This document shows, piece after piece, positions 1-10,399 of a stretch of DNA of 64,000 bases. Every line of letters starts with the position of its first letter. The first letter of the stretch is position 1. The notes beneath the pieces were generated by a model. It saw nothing but the letters and a program-made list of their open reading frames with translations, was not told the DNA's origin and ran no database searches. The position numbers were made by a program, and so were the translations under genes. Location: NCBI GenBank assembly GCA_000146045.2, contig BK006948.2:64001-128000 (forward strand). The letters run 5' to 3'. The stretch is from TPA_inf: Saccharomyces (taxonomy: Eukaryota).

Positions 1-1350
1 CTTGAACTTCAATTTAGTGACTGGATAGCCCGTATTAATTGTTAGTTTGGGAAATGCCAGCGAGCCGCTATTGTTCAAGGACGTATTGGGGGCATGTAAC
101 GAGGGAGAGTTCCCGTAATTGAGGACTGTATTTTCGGCGGCATTGGCATTGTCGCCAACAAACCAGAGGCAGCATTTACCGTCTCTACCACCTGTAGCAA
201 TGTATTCTTGATTGGGATGCCAATTTAAACAAAGACCGGGTCCTGTGTGAGCATTTAATTTTTTTTCGTATTGGGCAGGTTGTCGAAGATCAAACTTTAG
301 CAAGTATCCCGAATCGTGAATAGAAGCAAATTTGTAACCGCTTTTTAAATTACCATACGTTGATGAACCTTGATCGTTCTTAGATGCAAAATTGTAACCG
401 GGCATCCATTTTACATCTCTGATTGAGTCAGATGCGGTATTTATACTAATGTCAGATCTATTTGAGCTTTTAGATTTATTGGAACGTAAATCCCATATTT
501 TTACACAACTATCTTGTCCACCACTTATTATTAGGTTTGATTCGACCATGTTGAAGTCAAAACTATTGATAGATCTAGTGTGTTCGCATAAGGATGTTAT
601 CAAGGGATTGTCTATCGAGGAACTCTTATTGAGATCATATATCGATATCGCCGTAGAATTGTTGCACACTGCAATACAGTTCTTGTAATTATTAAATCCA
701 GTCTTAACATCCGCAATGGTACTAAATTTGTTCTGTCTTGTTCTTTTGCTCAGCTTGGGCAAAAGGGATGTCGTTCCCCTTGTTGAGGTGTTGCTATTAG
801 GTGTTATGAAATCATGAACGCATTTGATAGATCTATCTGAGGGCGAGAATTTATAGAGCCCCAAATGAGTTTTACCTGCACAAACAAGACCGTTAATGTT
901 TGGATCATTCACTTTGTCTATACTAGATAATTCTTTATCCACTTTGGTGGTGTAAATGAGTCCAGACGACTTTCTTGTATTTGTGTTGATTGCATTTTTC
1001 TTTGTTTTGATTTTCATGTTCGATTTATTGCTCATGCTTCCGGTTGTTTTTGCGTAAGGATTCTTATCATATGGCAAATAACTATCGTTGAATGAACTAG
1101 TTCTGTGACTTTCAGGCATATAAACCCCATTACTGTAAGAAAAAGTTGGAGTTAGATTAGGTCGCCGTATAGAATCTAACACGGAAGGTTGTCCACTATT
1201 TGAGTAATGATTCATTCGAAAAGAAGAATTGTTGCTTGACGAAGATCCAAGAAACTCGCCCTTGCCTATAGAACTAACGTTTCTGTTTTTTGGTATCGGG
1301 GTACTCCCCTTGGGAATGGAAGCATTTTCTACGTGTGGTGATAAGCTCAT
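1..1350 (-). CDS. RTC1: N-terminal part of the Rtc1 (WD40/RING SEA-complex subunit) CDS; the gene continues beyond the window start
   Basis: Reverse-complement of 1309-1350 translates MSLSPHVENASIPK..., matching the remembered Rtc1 N-terminus. The open frame runs to the window edge. It is absent from the ORF track because no stop lies in the window. Confidence 0.75.
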   Translation of the reverse strand, partial: MSLSPHVENASIPKGSTPIPKNRNVSSIGKGEFLGSSSSNNSSFRMNHYSNSGQPSVLDSIRRPNLTPTFSYSNGVYMPESHRTSSFNDSYLPYDKNPYAKTTGSMSNKSNMKIKTKKNAINTNTRKSSGLIYTTKVDKELSSIDKVNDPNINGLVCAGKTHLGLYKFSPSDRSIKCVHDFITPNSNTSTRGTTSLLPKLSKRTRQNKFSTIADVKTGFNNYKNCIAVCNNSTAISIYDLNKSSSIDNPLITSLCEHTRSINSFDFNMVESNLIISGGQDSCVKIWDLRSNKSKSSNRSDISINTASDSIRDVKWMPGYNFASKNDQGSSTYGNLKSGYKFASIHDSGYLLKFDLRQPAQYEKKLNAHTGPGLCLNWHPNQEYIATGGRDGKCCLWFVGDNANAAENTVLNYGNSPSLHAPNTSLNNSGSLAFPKLTINTGYPVTKLKFK

Positions 1351-1620
1351 GATTTTCAACTAAATCCACTCAATAGCTCACTCGCCTTCAGCCAGCAATC
1401 GCACCATATGTATTATCAATCGGTTTTCCTTTTTCAGTAATCATCGTTATATATCGATGTTTTTGACAAATTAAAAAGAACGTTCCGAGACAGAAAAATT
1501 TAAACTCTCCGATCATGCATAGCTAGACATTCAACAGTATTCTAAAATGCTATAGTAAGAAACCAAGAATAAGATCCTAGGGATTCATAGTATAATTTAA
1601 TCCATATATAAGTTTTCAGC

Positions 1621-3114
1621 ATGGATGCTTCCTCGGTTCCACCAAAGGTAGATGATTATGGAATGTATACAACTGAAATTTCACATCATAACCCAATAGA
1701 GTTGAAAAATCTGCTATCATCATCAGACTCCAGAAGAAATTCTCAAGATGAAGATAGTCTACCTAACAATACAAACTTAATCAAAGAAATTGACTGGCAG
1801 GGCGAGAAAGTTAAAACATATCCACTAAACTATCAAACTGTACCACTAGTAAAGCTGCAGGTGATAGCATGCTTGATTATGTTCGTAGTCTTTGGTATGA
1901 ACGATCAAACAGTAGGTGCACTACTTCCTACGCTAATTGAATACTATCATATATCGCGGGTAGATGTCTCAAACGTATTTATAGTCCAATTATGTGGTTA
2001 TGTGATGGCGTCTTTATCAAAAGAGAGATTGAATAAGCACTTTGGTATGAGAGGTGGTATGCTTCTAGCAGCTGGTTTGTGTATAGTATTTCTTATCATT
2101 TTAGCAACTGCACCTTCTAGTTTCTATGTTTGTATGTTTTGTGGCCTTCCTCTTGGTTTAGGGATCGGCATCTTAGATTCTACCGGTAATGTTTTAATGG
2201 GCAGTCTTTTAGTCCATAAGAATGAACTCATGGGTATCATGCATGGTCTTTACGGGGCAGCAGCTATGGTTACTCCTCCCTTAGTTTCATATTTTGTTGA
2301 ATGGGGTCATTGGTCTCTTTTTTTCCTTATTCCTCTGTTCTTTTCTATAATAGGCATGATTGTAATCTTCCCAGCTTTTAAATTTGAAACTGCAAGTAAA
2401 TACGACTACCTCTGCTCTGTGGAAAACAAAGAAAGCAACAATGATGTGGAAGAAGCGGGTGATAACTCGCTGATGGAATCTACCAAGGCGAGCCCAGGAT
2501 TTTTTGAACTTTTAAGAAATCCTGCTATTTTCTTGTACTCATTGTATTTGTTCCTTTACTTAGGTGCTGAAATTACAACTGGTTCATGGTTCTTTAGTTA
2601 TTTATTGGAAACTAAATCAAGTAATAAGGTTGCTATGTCATACATAGCGGCATCGTTTTGGACAGGTTTGACTGTAGGCAGGTTGTGTCTAGGATTTGTT
2701 ACTGAAAGATTCTTCGAAAACGAGTATAAAGCAAGCAAAGCGTACGCTTTTTTAACTCTATCTTCATACACCTTATTTGTGCTTGTTGGGTTGATCAATT
2801 CAAGCTCAGTTTTCTATTTCGTCGTGTTATTTTTTGTTGTTTTTTGTTGTGGTACGTTTATCGGACCATTATTCCCAAACGCAAGTATAGTTGCATTACA
2901 AGTATTGCCCAAAAGACTACATGTGAGCGGGGTTGGGGTTGCCGTCGCCGTTGGTGGTTGTGGTGGTGCAGCCATTCCATATTTGGCTGGAGTTATTGCA
3001 CACACAGTGGGAATCCAGTATATCCCACTATTGTGTTGGATTATGGTTGCGTTATTTACATTGGAATGGACATTGTATCCTAAATTCATAAAAGGGCATG
3101 AAGAATATTTTTAG
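1621..3114 (+). CDS. BSC6: 497-aa multi-pass membrane protein of the MFS-like family (YOL137W)
   Basis: 497-aa ORF with many hydrophobic segments. Its position between RTC1 and PFK27 matches the remembered chrXV order. Confidence 0.8.
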   Translation: MDASSVPPKVDDYGMYTTEISHHNPIELKNLLSSSDSRRNSQDEDSLPNNTNLIKEIDWQGEKVKTYPLNYQTVPLVKLQVIACLIMFVVFGMNDQTVGALLPTLIEYYHISRVDVSNVFIVQLCGYVMASLSKERLNKHFGMRGGMLLAAGLCIVFLIILATAPSSFYVCMFCGLPLGLGIGILDSTGNVLMGSLLVHKNELMGIMHGLYGAAAMVTPPLVSYFVEWGHWSLFFLIPLFFSIIGMIVIFPAFKFETASKYDYLCSVENKESNNDVEEAGDNSLMESTKASPGFFELLRNPAIFLYSLYLFLYLGAEITTGSWFFSYLLETKSSNKVAMSYIAASFWTGLTVGRLCLGFVTERFFENEYKASKAYAFLTLSSYTLFVLVGLINSSSVFYFVVLFFVVFCCGTFIGPLFPNASIVALQVLPKRLHVSGVGVAVAVGGCGGAAIPYLAGVIAHTVGIQYIPLLCWIMVALFTLEWTLYPKFIKGHEEYF

Positions 3115-3560
3115 TTTCAGAAACGCCATCGGTGCCAGTGCATTGCAACTAATTCCAAAATTAGAAAAATAAAGCTGTTGAATAATTGTAACAGAAAGAT
3201 AGAAAGGCGGAAGATAAAAGGAACTTCAGACAACATATGGAACTTTTTGATATATAGTATACATAATGACACTCTTGGTCGTTTACAAATAGATAGAATT
3301 TTAAGGAAAAAGTAATACTATCTGAAGTCTATAAAGAGCTTTTGAAAGCTGCTTCAGTAGTGCAAAAAAAGTGTATAGTAGCCTTTTCAAGATAACATAA
3401 TGTAACTAGCGGTACCAAGGAAACTGTAAAAGAATAGAAAAACATGCGAAAAGGTCGTAAAAATGGTCATTAAAAGGCGGGAGGTAGATGGAGTTCTGGA
3501 GAGGATCATAAATATAATAAAGGAGTACCGATATTCAACTCCCGTATGGTAAAGTATCAG

Positions 3561-4760
3561 TCAAGCAAATCCGTTGCTTTCAATTAGGCTCTGCAAATCA
3601 TCAAAAAATTTATCATTAACAACAGAGTCTAGTGTAGTTAAAGTTTCCTCTGAGCTATTTCCAAAACTTTCAAAAAACAATTTAACAGCTTCGATGTATT
3701 CAAAACCAAACATCTGAGAATAGTGATTGATGAAATTTTCAATAACCATAATGGTGTCCCTAATTTGCTTGCCGCAGGTTGAAGGGTAATGACTTTGATT
3801 TAAAGAATGTGGCTCAACGACGCCCGCATTAATAACATTGAAGAAAAATAAGCTCGTATCGATTTCTTCATGTTGGCTGATATATCGATGGATTTGATTG
3901 AACTCATCAAGGGAGAAAGGTGTAAACTGCGAATAGTAATGTTTTAATCTCTTTGCAAAATCTTTGATGGCAAGTTCATAAGGTTTGTCTAAGTAGTCTT
4001 CATTAAACGATTTATTGTGGATATTGTATTTGATAAAGCTTCTGTTAAAACATGACACCTGTAAGATTATGGGCACCAAATTGAAACTAGAAAGCTCATC
4101 TGTATTGAACGAACAAACCTCCTCAAATATAAATCTTCTTCTTTCGATGGTCGAATTTGTGGCGTCGAAGATTCCCACGTCACATTCATCGTTGTTGATT
4201 TCGTGAAACAACTTTTGCAAAGTGATCCTGGCATACGTTTCCTTTTTATCGTTATTTTTCGGATTAAATAAGTCTTCCGAAGATGTATTCGACAAAAGCA
4301 AAGGCTTTGAAATGGTAGCACAACTGATTTGCCTTCTTATCTTACCAGCATTAAAAACTTTACAGCGTAATGAATTAGTTAGCGGATTGTTCTTCAAACA
4401 TTGAATTAAATGAGAAGAAATGGTAGACTTCCCAGTAGCTGGTAGCCCAATCAAAACAATCATAAACTTGTTAACTTTTCCATTTGTATACGTAGGGTCT
4501 GCATTGTCTCTTTTGTAATTCAGTGTAATGGGTAAGTGTAACGGGTCGTTAGAAATAAACCTTGGGACCTCTGTAGACAGCAGTGAACTTTTGTGATTAT
4601 CGAAAAAAACAGAATCTTGACAATCTAAAGTGGCTCTGTCGAGAGATGCGCTTGAATAGCTGTTACCGGTGTTAAGTGAAAAAAGAGAATTCGAGGAATT
4701 ATATTCGGAAGTCAAATATCCATCGTGAGAGTCTGAATCGGAAGAACCACCCATTTTCAA
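3561..4760 (-). CDS. PFK27: 6-phosphofructo-2-kinase
   Basis: 399-aa ORF with the P-loop motif GLPATGKST typical of PFK2 kinase domains. Length and sequence match remembered Pfk27. Confidence 0.85.
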
Positions 4761-5375
4761 ACTTCCAGCGGAAAAAACGCGTTCGTTATCCCTTTTCTTC
4801 CTTTTCCTTATATCTAAAATATTAAAAATCGCGTAAGGTAATTTGTTTCGAGGGCAGTGGAACTTGAAGCCAAATAAGAAGTATAAGTACTGGGCTCTCC
4901 TAGTATTTCCGGTTTAGTGTTACTCGTATATGAGCGTATCAGACTTTTTAACACCCTCTAAAAAAGCAAATAAGTTGGTTTGCTGTGGCACCAAAATAAG
5001 CGAAAACACCTTTGTTTAGAGCACGTCTTCTTTTATATAAGCCAATCTTCCACACGAAAAACCGAGTAATCCAATTTACTTTTTCTACTTTTTTTTCATT
5101 ATCAATCGATTCAGATGCCCAGAGAAGAAAAAGAAAAAAAAGGAAAACAATTTCCGTTGCAGACTCATCTGTGCGCGATTTCTGTGAAAAGGTGGGGCAC
5201 TTGTGCCTGGAATCTCGGAAATACGTCAATTAATTTTTGGTATATATTCCGATAAGCTATAGTTCGTATTTTTCCGTTCCGAGGGAGGTGTACGGGTGGA
5301 CTACCACGTGCCTACTATACGCTATACGGTAGTTGAAAATGTATATAGTTACACAAATGATTTATAATAGTGTGG

Positions 5376-6044
5376 TCATTGGGACGACGATGGAGGAGAT
5401 TGTGATCCGGTTCTTAAGGTGTCCTGTATGCTGGTGAGTTTGTCGTGTACCTGTTTGCATACTTGCTCGATCTCGCGAATTTCCCCGCGCTTGTATTCTA
5501 ATTGTTCTTCCAATAGCATAATAAGGGACTCTCGGGACTGATGGGGTCTGTACTCATTAAGTAGGTGGTGAATATTGACAAGAATGGTCCTTATGTTCTC
5601 CACTTTGCGCTCATACATATCCGGATTTATGCTCAATACGCCGATGAGTTCCAAGTAATTTAGCAGGAGGGATTTCAATAGTTTGCGTAGCTCTTGGATT
5701 TTGTATTGATAATTTGTGCTTTCGTTTTCTGTGGATTTCTTATAAAGTTGGGTGAGTCCCATGCTCTCTAAATCGGGCAGTTGGTCCTTCACCTGCCATA
5801 TACTCCCAAACGCTCGGTACTGCTGATTTTTGGGCATGGGGGGTGGGATTAGGTAATCTAGCGCACATGTAATCTCCTCTTCACTGCCGCCGTTACTGTT
5901 ATTTGGAGCCGTCTGCTTCGCACTTGCGGCCTTCTTTTCTTTGTATTTTGGTAATTTTTCCAGATTGGACTGTGTGAAAAACTTCACGTATGGGGGTGGA
6001 GGTGGGTACAAGGAGCTAACCTCATTACCAGGATCATTGGACAT
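5376..6044 (-). CDS. MED7: Mediator subunit Med7
   Basis: 222-aa ORF starting MSNDPGNEVSSLYPPPPPYVKFF, matching remembered Med7 in length and sequence. Confidence 0.9.
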   Translation of the reverse strand: MSNDPGNEVSSLYPPPPPYVKFFTQSNLEKLPKYKEKKAASAKQTAPNNSNGGSEEEITCALDYLIPPPMPKNQQYRAFGSIWQVKDQLPDLESMGLTQLYKKSTENESTNYQYKIQELRKLLKSLLLNYLELIGVLSINPDMYERKVENIRTILVNIHHLLNEYRPHQSRESLIMLLEEQLEYKRGEIREIEQVCKQVHDKLTSIQDTLRTGSQSPPSSSQ

Positions 6045-6324
6045 TTTTAGTTTGTGAATTTTTTTTTTACTAGCTTAAATTTGGGATATGAAACCTCTTT
6101 TATGTCATATTTGCACGTCTAATGACCTGCCTGCTGAAAATGCAAGATTCGTTGTTTAAGTTCTAACTAACATTTCGTATTTCGTGATAATAGTTTCTTT
6201 TAAAGGTGTGAAGAGGGAGATCATGAAACCCACAATAGACGTATGGGCTTCAATATGTGCAATGTTGGTTGCTACTAAATGTCTTTCTCCAGTGGCAGAG
6301 AACTTTAAAGAGAAATAGTTCAAC

Positions 6325-6690
6325 ATGAGCAACGAAGTTGACAGGATGGATGTTGATGAAGATGAATCGCAAAATATTGCGCAAAGCTCAAACCAAAGTG
6401 CGCCAGTGGAAACCAAAAAGAAGAGATTTGAAATTAAGAAATGGACCGCAGTGGCGTTTTGGTCATGGGATATAGCTGTTGACAACTGTGCTATTTGCAG
6501 GAACCATATAATGGAACCATGCATTGAATGCCAGCCAAAGGCCATGACGGACACTGATAATGAATGTGTAGCAGCCTGGGGTGTCTGTAATCACGCTTTC
6601 CATTTGCACTGTATTAATAAATGGATCAAGACAAGAGACGCATGCCCATTAGATAACCAACCTTGGCAGTTAGCAAGATGCGGTAGGTGA
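6325..6690 (+). CDS. HRT1: RING-box protein Rbx1/Hrt1 of SCF ubiquitin ligases
   Basis: 121-aa ORF with RING-H2 cysteine/histidine spacing (CAICRNH...[13 protein letters not shown]). Length matches Hrt1. Confidence 0.9.
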   Translation: MSNEVDRMDVDEDESQNIAQSSNQSAPVETKKKRFEIKKWTAVAFWSWDIAVDNCAICRNHIMEPCIECQPKAMTDTDNECVAAWGVCNHAFHLHCINKWIKTRDACPLDNQPWQLARCGR

Positions 6691-7188
6691 AAAAATGAAT
6701 TGCCCGTAAACATTTAAATCATACCGAGGTAGAAGGATTATGGCATGTTCCTTTTTTTTTAGAGTATGTCAACTGGCGCAGTAGATACATGTTTTTCTCT
6801 TCCACGTCGAATTTTGTTATATACATAGCATAATCGAGTTGTATGCACCCTTTTTGTTTATCTCGTTAGTAACTCGGGGTAGGAATAAGACATCCACAAA
6901 GGTGACAGAACAAAATCATCCTAGCCTTGTTCATAATCTACCTCTATATAGCCGCTAAAAAATTAGTAGTATTTTGACTCTTTAAGAGCACATTTATTAT
7001 CAGGCTGCTTTTACATACTTCTTTTGTTTAAAACATTTAAAGACGATCACTGCCCTTCCAAAGGACAAATATATATACACAAACACTAGGCCAAAAGTTC
7101 ACTTATAATAATTTAGTGGTAATTATGTTGGGTAAAGAAATTGCCAATAGTCTTTTTTTTCCGTATTGTAAGGTGAGACTGAGGTAGC

Positions 7189-7197
7189 GGCACAAAA
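7189..7197 (+). promoter_or_regulatory. Middle sporulation element (Ndt80 site) GGCACAAAA about 100 bp upstream of GAS4
   Basis: Sequence gcggCACAAAAaaa matches the MSE core CRCAAAW. GAS4 is a known sporulation-induced gene. Confidence 0.45.
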
Positions 7198-7299
7198 AAA
7201 CGACACATAATAGGATACTGAGTAAAGCAGTATTAAAATAAAAAAATATATTTTACCTCGAACGCTACAAATAAAGCAGAAAAGAACAAAATCGTGAGC

Positions 7300-8715
7300 A
7301 TGATGGTTTTTTCGAGCACCTTTATTTTTCTAATTTTGGAGTTAGTTGTACTGTGTGAAGCTTCAGTCCACACCATTCAAATTAAGGACAAGCATTTCGT
7401 TGACACAGTGACTGGAAAACCATTCTTCATCAAAGGTGTGGATTATCAGCCAGGAGGCTCTTCCGACGTTAGTGAAAAGCAGGATCCGTTATCCAATCCA
7501 GATGCATGCGCTCGTGATATTTTATTATTTCAAGAATTGGGAATAAACACAGTAAGAATTTATTCTATAAACCCGGACCTGAACCATGATGCGTGCATGA
7601 CTATGCTCGCAATGGCAGGTATCTATCTTATATTGGATGTCAATTCCCCATTGCAAAACCAGCACTTAAACAGATATGAACCTTGGACTACCTATAATGA
7701 AGTTTATTTAGAACACGTTTTCAAGGTTGTCGAACAATTTTCTCATTACAATAATACTTTAGGATTTTTTGCTGGGAATGAAATTGTAAACGACAAAAGA
7801 TCAGCACAATATTCTCCTGCCTATGTCAAGGAGTTGATTGGAACTATGAAGAATTACATAAGCGCACACTCGCCCAGAACAATTCCGGTAGGTTACTCTG
7901 CTGCAGATGACCTGAACTATAGGGTATCACTGTCCGAATATTTGGAGTGTAAAGATGATGATAAGCCAGAGAATAGCGTTGATTTTTACGGAGTTAACTC
8001 CTACCAATGGTGTGGCCAACAAACTATGCAAACTTCAGGGTACGATACATTGGTGGATGCTTACAGGAGCTATTCCAAGCCAGTTTTTTTTTCAGAATTT
8101 GGATGCAATAAAGTATTGCCAAGGCAATTCCAGGAAATAGGTTATTTGTTTTCTGAGGAGATGTATTCAGTATTCTGTGGAGGTCTGGTTTACGAATTTT
8201 CACAGGAGGATAATAATTATGGGTTAGTTGAATATCAAGAAGATGATTCAGTACAGCTCTTAGCAGATTTTGAGAAGCTTAAATCGCACTACCAAAACAT
8301 TGAGTTTCCTTCTATGAAGACTTTAAAGGAAACTGTTCAGATGGAGGAGACGCCATCATGTGCGGAAGATTATGAAAATTTGAAGATTGAATCTAAAATT
8401 GCTAAAAATTTAGGAAGTTCTTTGATAAAAAAAGGCGTGAAAGTTGAAAAAGGCAAATACATAGATATTCACGAGGATCAGCTGTCCACCAATGTCACGA
8501 TTTTAGACAAGCATGGTGACAGATGGAATGGGCCCAAAAAGATTGAAATTAGGCAAAGCCTGACATTGGCAGACCTGGAAGGAGAAGAACAAGAAGACGC
8601 AGATGAAGACAAAGATGATTTAAAACGAAAACACCGGAATTCTGCCTCTATTTCCGGCCCATTGTTACCTCTTGGGTTGTGTTTGCTTTTTTTTACTTTT
8701 AGTTTATTTTTTTAG
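7300..8715 (+). CDS. GAS4: GH72 beta-1,3-glucanosyltransferase, sporulation-specific, with a hydrophobic C-terminal GPI-anchor signal
   Basis: The ORF track gives 7294-8715 (473 aa). Remembered Gas4 is 471 aa, so the start is probably the third Met at 7300. There is an N-terminal signal peptide, a GH72 catalytic region and a C-terminal hydrophobic tail. Confidence 0.8.
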   Translation: MMVFSSTFIFLILELVVLCEASVHTIQIKDKHFVDTVTGKPFFIKGVDYQPGGSSDVSEKQDPLSNPDACARDILLFQELGINTVRIYSINPDLNHDACMTMLAMAGIYLILDVNSPLQNQHLNRYEPWTTYNEVYLEHVFKVVEQFSHYNNTLGFFAGNEIVNDKRSAQYSPAYVKELIGTMKNYISAHSPRTIPVGYSAADDLNYRVSLSEYLECKDDDKPENSVDFYGVNSYQWCGQQTMQTSGYDTLVDAYRSYSKPVFFSEFGCNKVLPRQFQEIGYLFSEEMYSVFCGGLVYEFSQEDNNYGLVEYQEDDSVQLLADFEKLKSHYQNIEFPSMKTLKETVQMEETPSCAEDYENLKIESKIAKNLGSSLIKKGVKVEKGKYIDIHEDQLSTNVTILDKHGDRWNGPKKIEIRQSLTLADLEGEEQEDADEDKDDLKRKHRNSASISGPLLPLGLCLLFFTFSLFF

Positions 8716-9030
8716 ACTTTAATGTCGTTCTCCCTTTTTAAAGAGTAAATACATATTTAAAAAAGTGACTATGGCTATTGCTAAACGTGATAAAAATCAG
8801 AGCCTATAACACTCTCTGAAATAACGCTATGCAGGAATTTCCAGTTAAGTTCTTCTTGGGGTGACTTCTTTACTCGGTATGATATGTGTTTTATATGCAC
8901 AGTACGAGTCCATTAGGGTAAATTAGTGGCCGAGAAACTTTTGCCGCCGAGCTTTTAAGTATCCTTTTGCCACTTCTTATTTAGATAAAGACCTGGCAGT
9001 AGTAGTCGTAGAAGATAAGATAGACAGAGA

Positions 9031-9357
9031 ATGAATACTAATAAGATAGCACAAGACGAAGTCCAAGATAAGGTTTTGCAAAGAGCAGAACTAGCACATT
9101 CTGTATGGAACTTAAGGTTCAACCTCAGTAAAGTTGCCAAACGGATTCGCATGGAAACAAAGGTATTTCCAGAGATAAAGATAAATGACGCGCAATCACA
9201 GTTAGAGCGATCTAGGTGTAGAATATTTAGCCCTGACCTGGAGGAAGAACATGTGCCCTTGATTCAAGGCTTTAAATGTTTGGATTCACCCCCTCCCGTT
9301 CCACCAAGCTCATCGCAGGGGGAGGATGAAGAGAACACGGTAGATTCGCAATACTAG
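9031..9357 (+). CDS. Small uncharacterised protein (YOL131W), 108 aa
   Basis: 108-aa ORF at the position and size I remember for YOL131W. No recognisable domain. Confidence 0.5.
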   Translation: MNTNKIAQDEVQDKVLQRAELAHSVWNLRFNLSKVAKRIRMETKVFPEIKINDAQSQLERSRCRIFSPDLEEEHVPLIQGFKCLDSPPPVPPSSSQGEDEENTVDSQY

Positions 9358-10399
9358 GAAATTAGAACCGAATCAAAATAGTTCCGATCCTAACTTTTCT
9401 ACTAATCTTTGAGATTTTATCTCATTAACTCTTTGACCAAGCTATGAAATGCGTAAGATGAACTTTTGTTTGAGAGTGTTAAGTATTTAGGCGTCTACGC
9501 TATGATAGCCTCACTCTAGGACGACTGCTTTTTTGGAACAACTTGTTGTTCTCCGATGGTATATTGTGTGTTTATGTATTGTTCTACGTACTCCTCCGTC
9601 TCTTTTTCGAGGGCAACGCTTTGAACTAGTATTTTCCGTTATAGTATGTCCCCCCTATATGCAACCCCTTGAATGGACGAATCTCTAAAATATACAACCT
9701 TTTCCTCTATAGGAAACAAGTAGGGTCTTCTACGCTAAGGATTACATAACGCATGTATCAAAAACTGATTTTAATTGATTAATTTCAAAATGTCAGCGTA
9801 GGTTCACCTAGACTTGTTTTATAGCTCCATTCAACTGGCGGTAGACACAACTAAAGCCAAAAATTGCCTAAAAATTTCAGTACTCTGGCAGCATCTACTC
9901 ATTTAATTGCCGTAATACATGGGACTCAATGATCCTTAATATGCTAAATGCTACCCCTCCTTTTTTCTTTTTTATTCCTCATAAAATTGCAAATATCGCA
10001 AGCACGTTTTTACTCAGCCCGTCCGCTTTGAGATACAAAAACGATATCTGAAATTAAAATTTTCTCTGGAACATGGTCCATCGAACTAATTATGCATAAT
10101 AACGTACGTTCCTATCCTATGAACACTTTTCTTTTTCTGGATAAACTGACTTAACAGTAGAAAACGTAGTGTGCAAGGCCATCCTTCAATATAGACTCAA
10201 AATTAGAAAGAGTGCCCTGATTAGTTGAGTTTTTCCTTCTATAAGCAAGAAAAATATCATCCTGACAAGAGACAGGTATTATATAAAATATTTCTACATG
10301 GAAGTATACTGTTAGTTGAACATAAATTCAACAAAAGGATACCATTACTTCTTCTCAAAGATCATCGAATATTGCTAGAAAGCGTAAAAGCATTTTACC

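Noticed and set aside
6156-6554. 132-aa minus-strand ORF overlapping HRT1 (corresponds to dubious YOL134C)
   Set aside because: It overlaps the conserved RING-box gene HRT1 on the opposite strand and has a low-complexity, hydrophobic composition. It is almost certainly not a gene.
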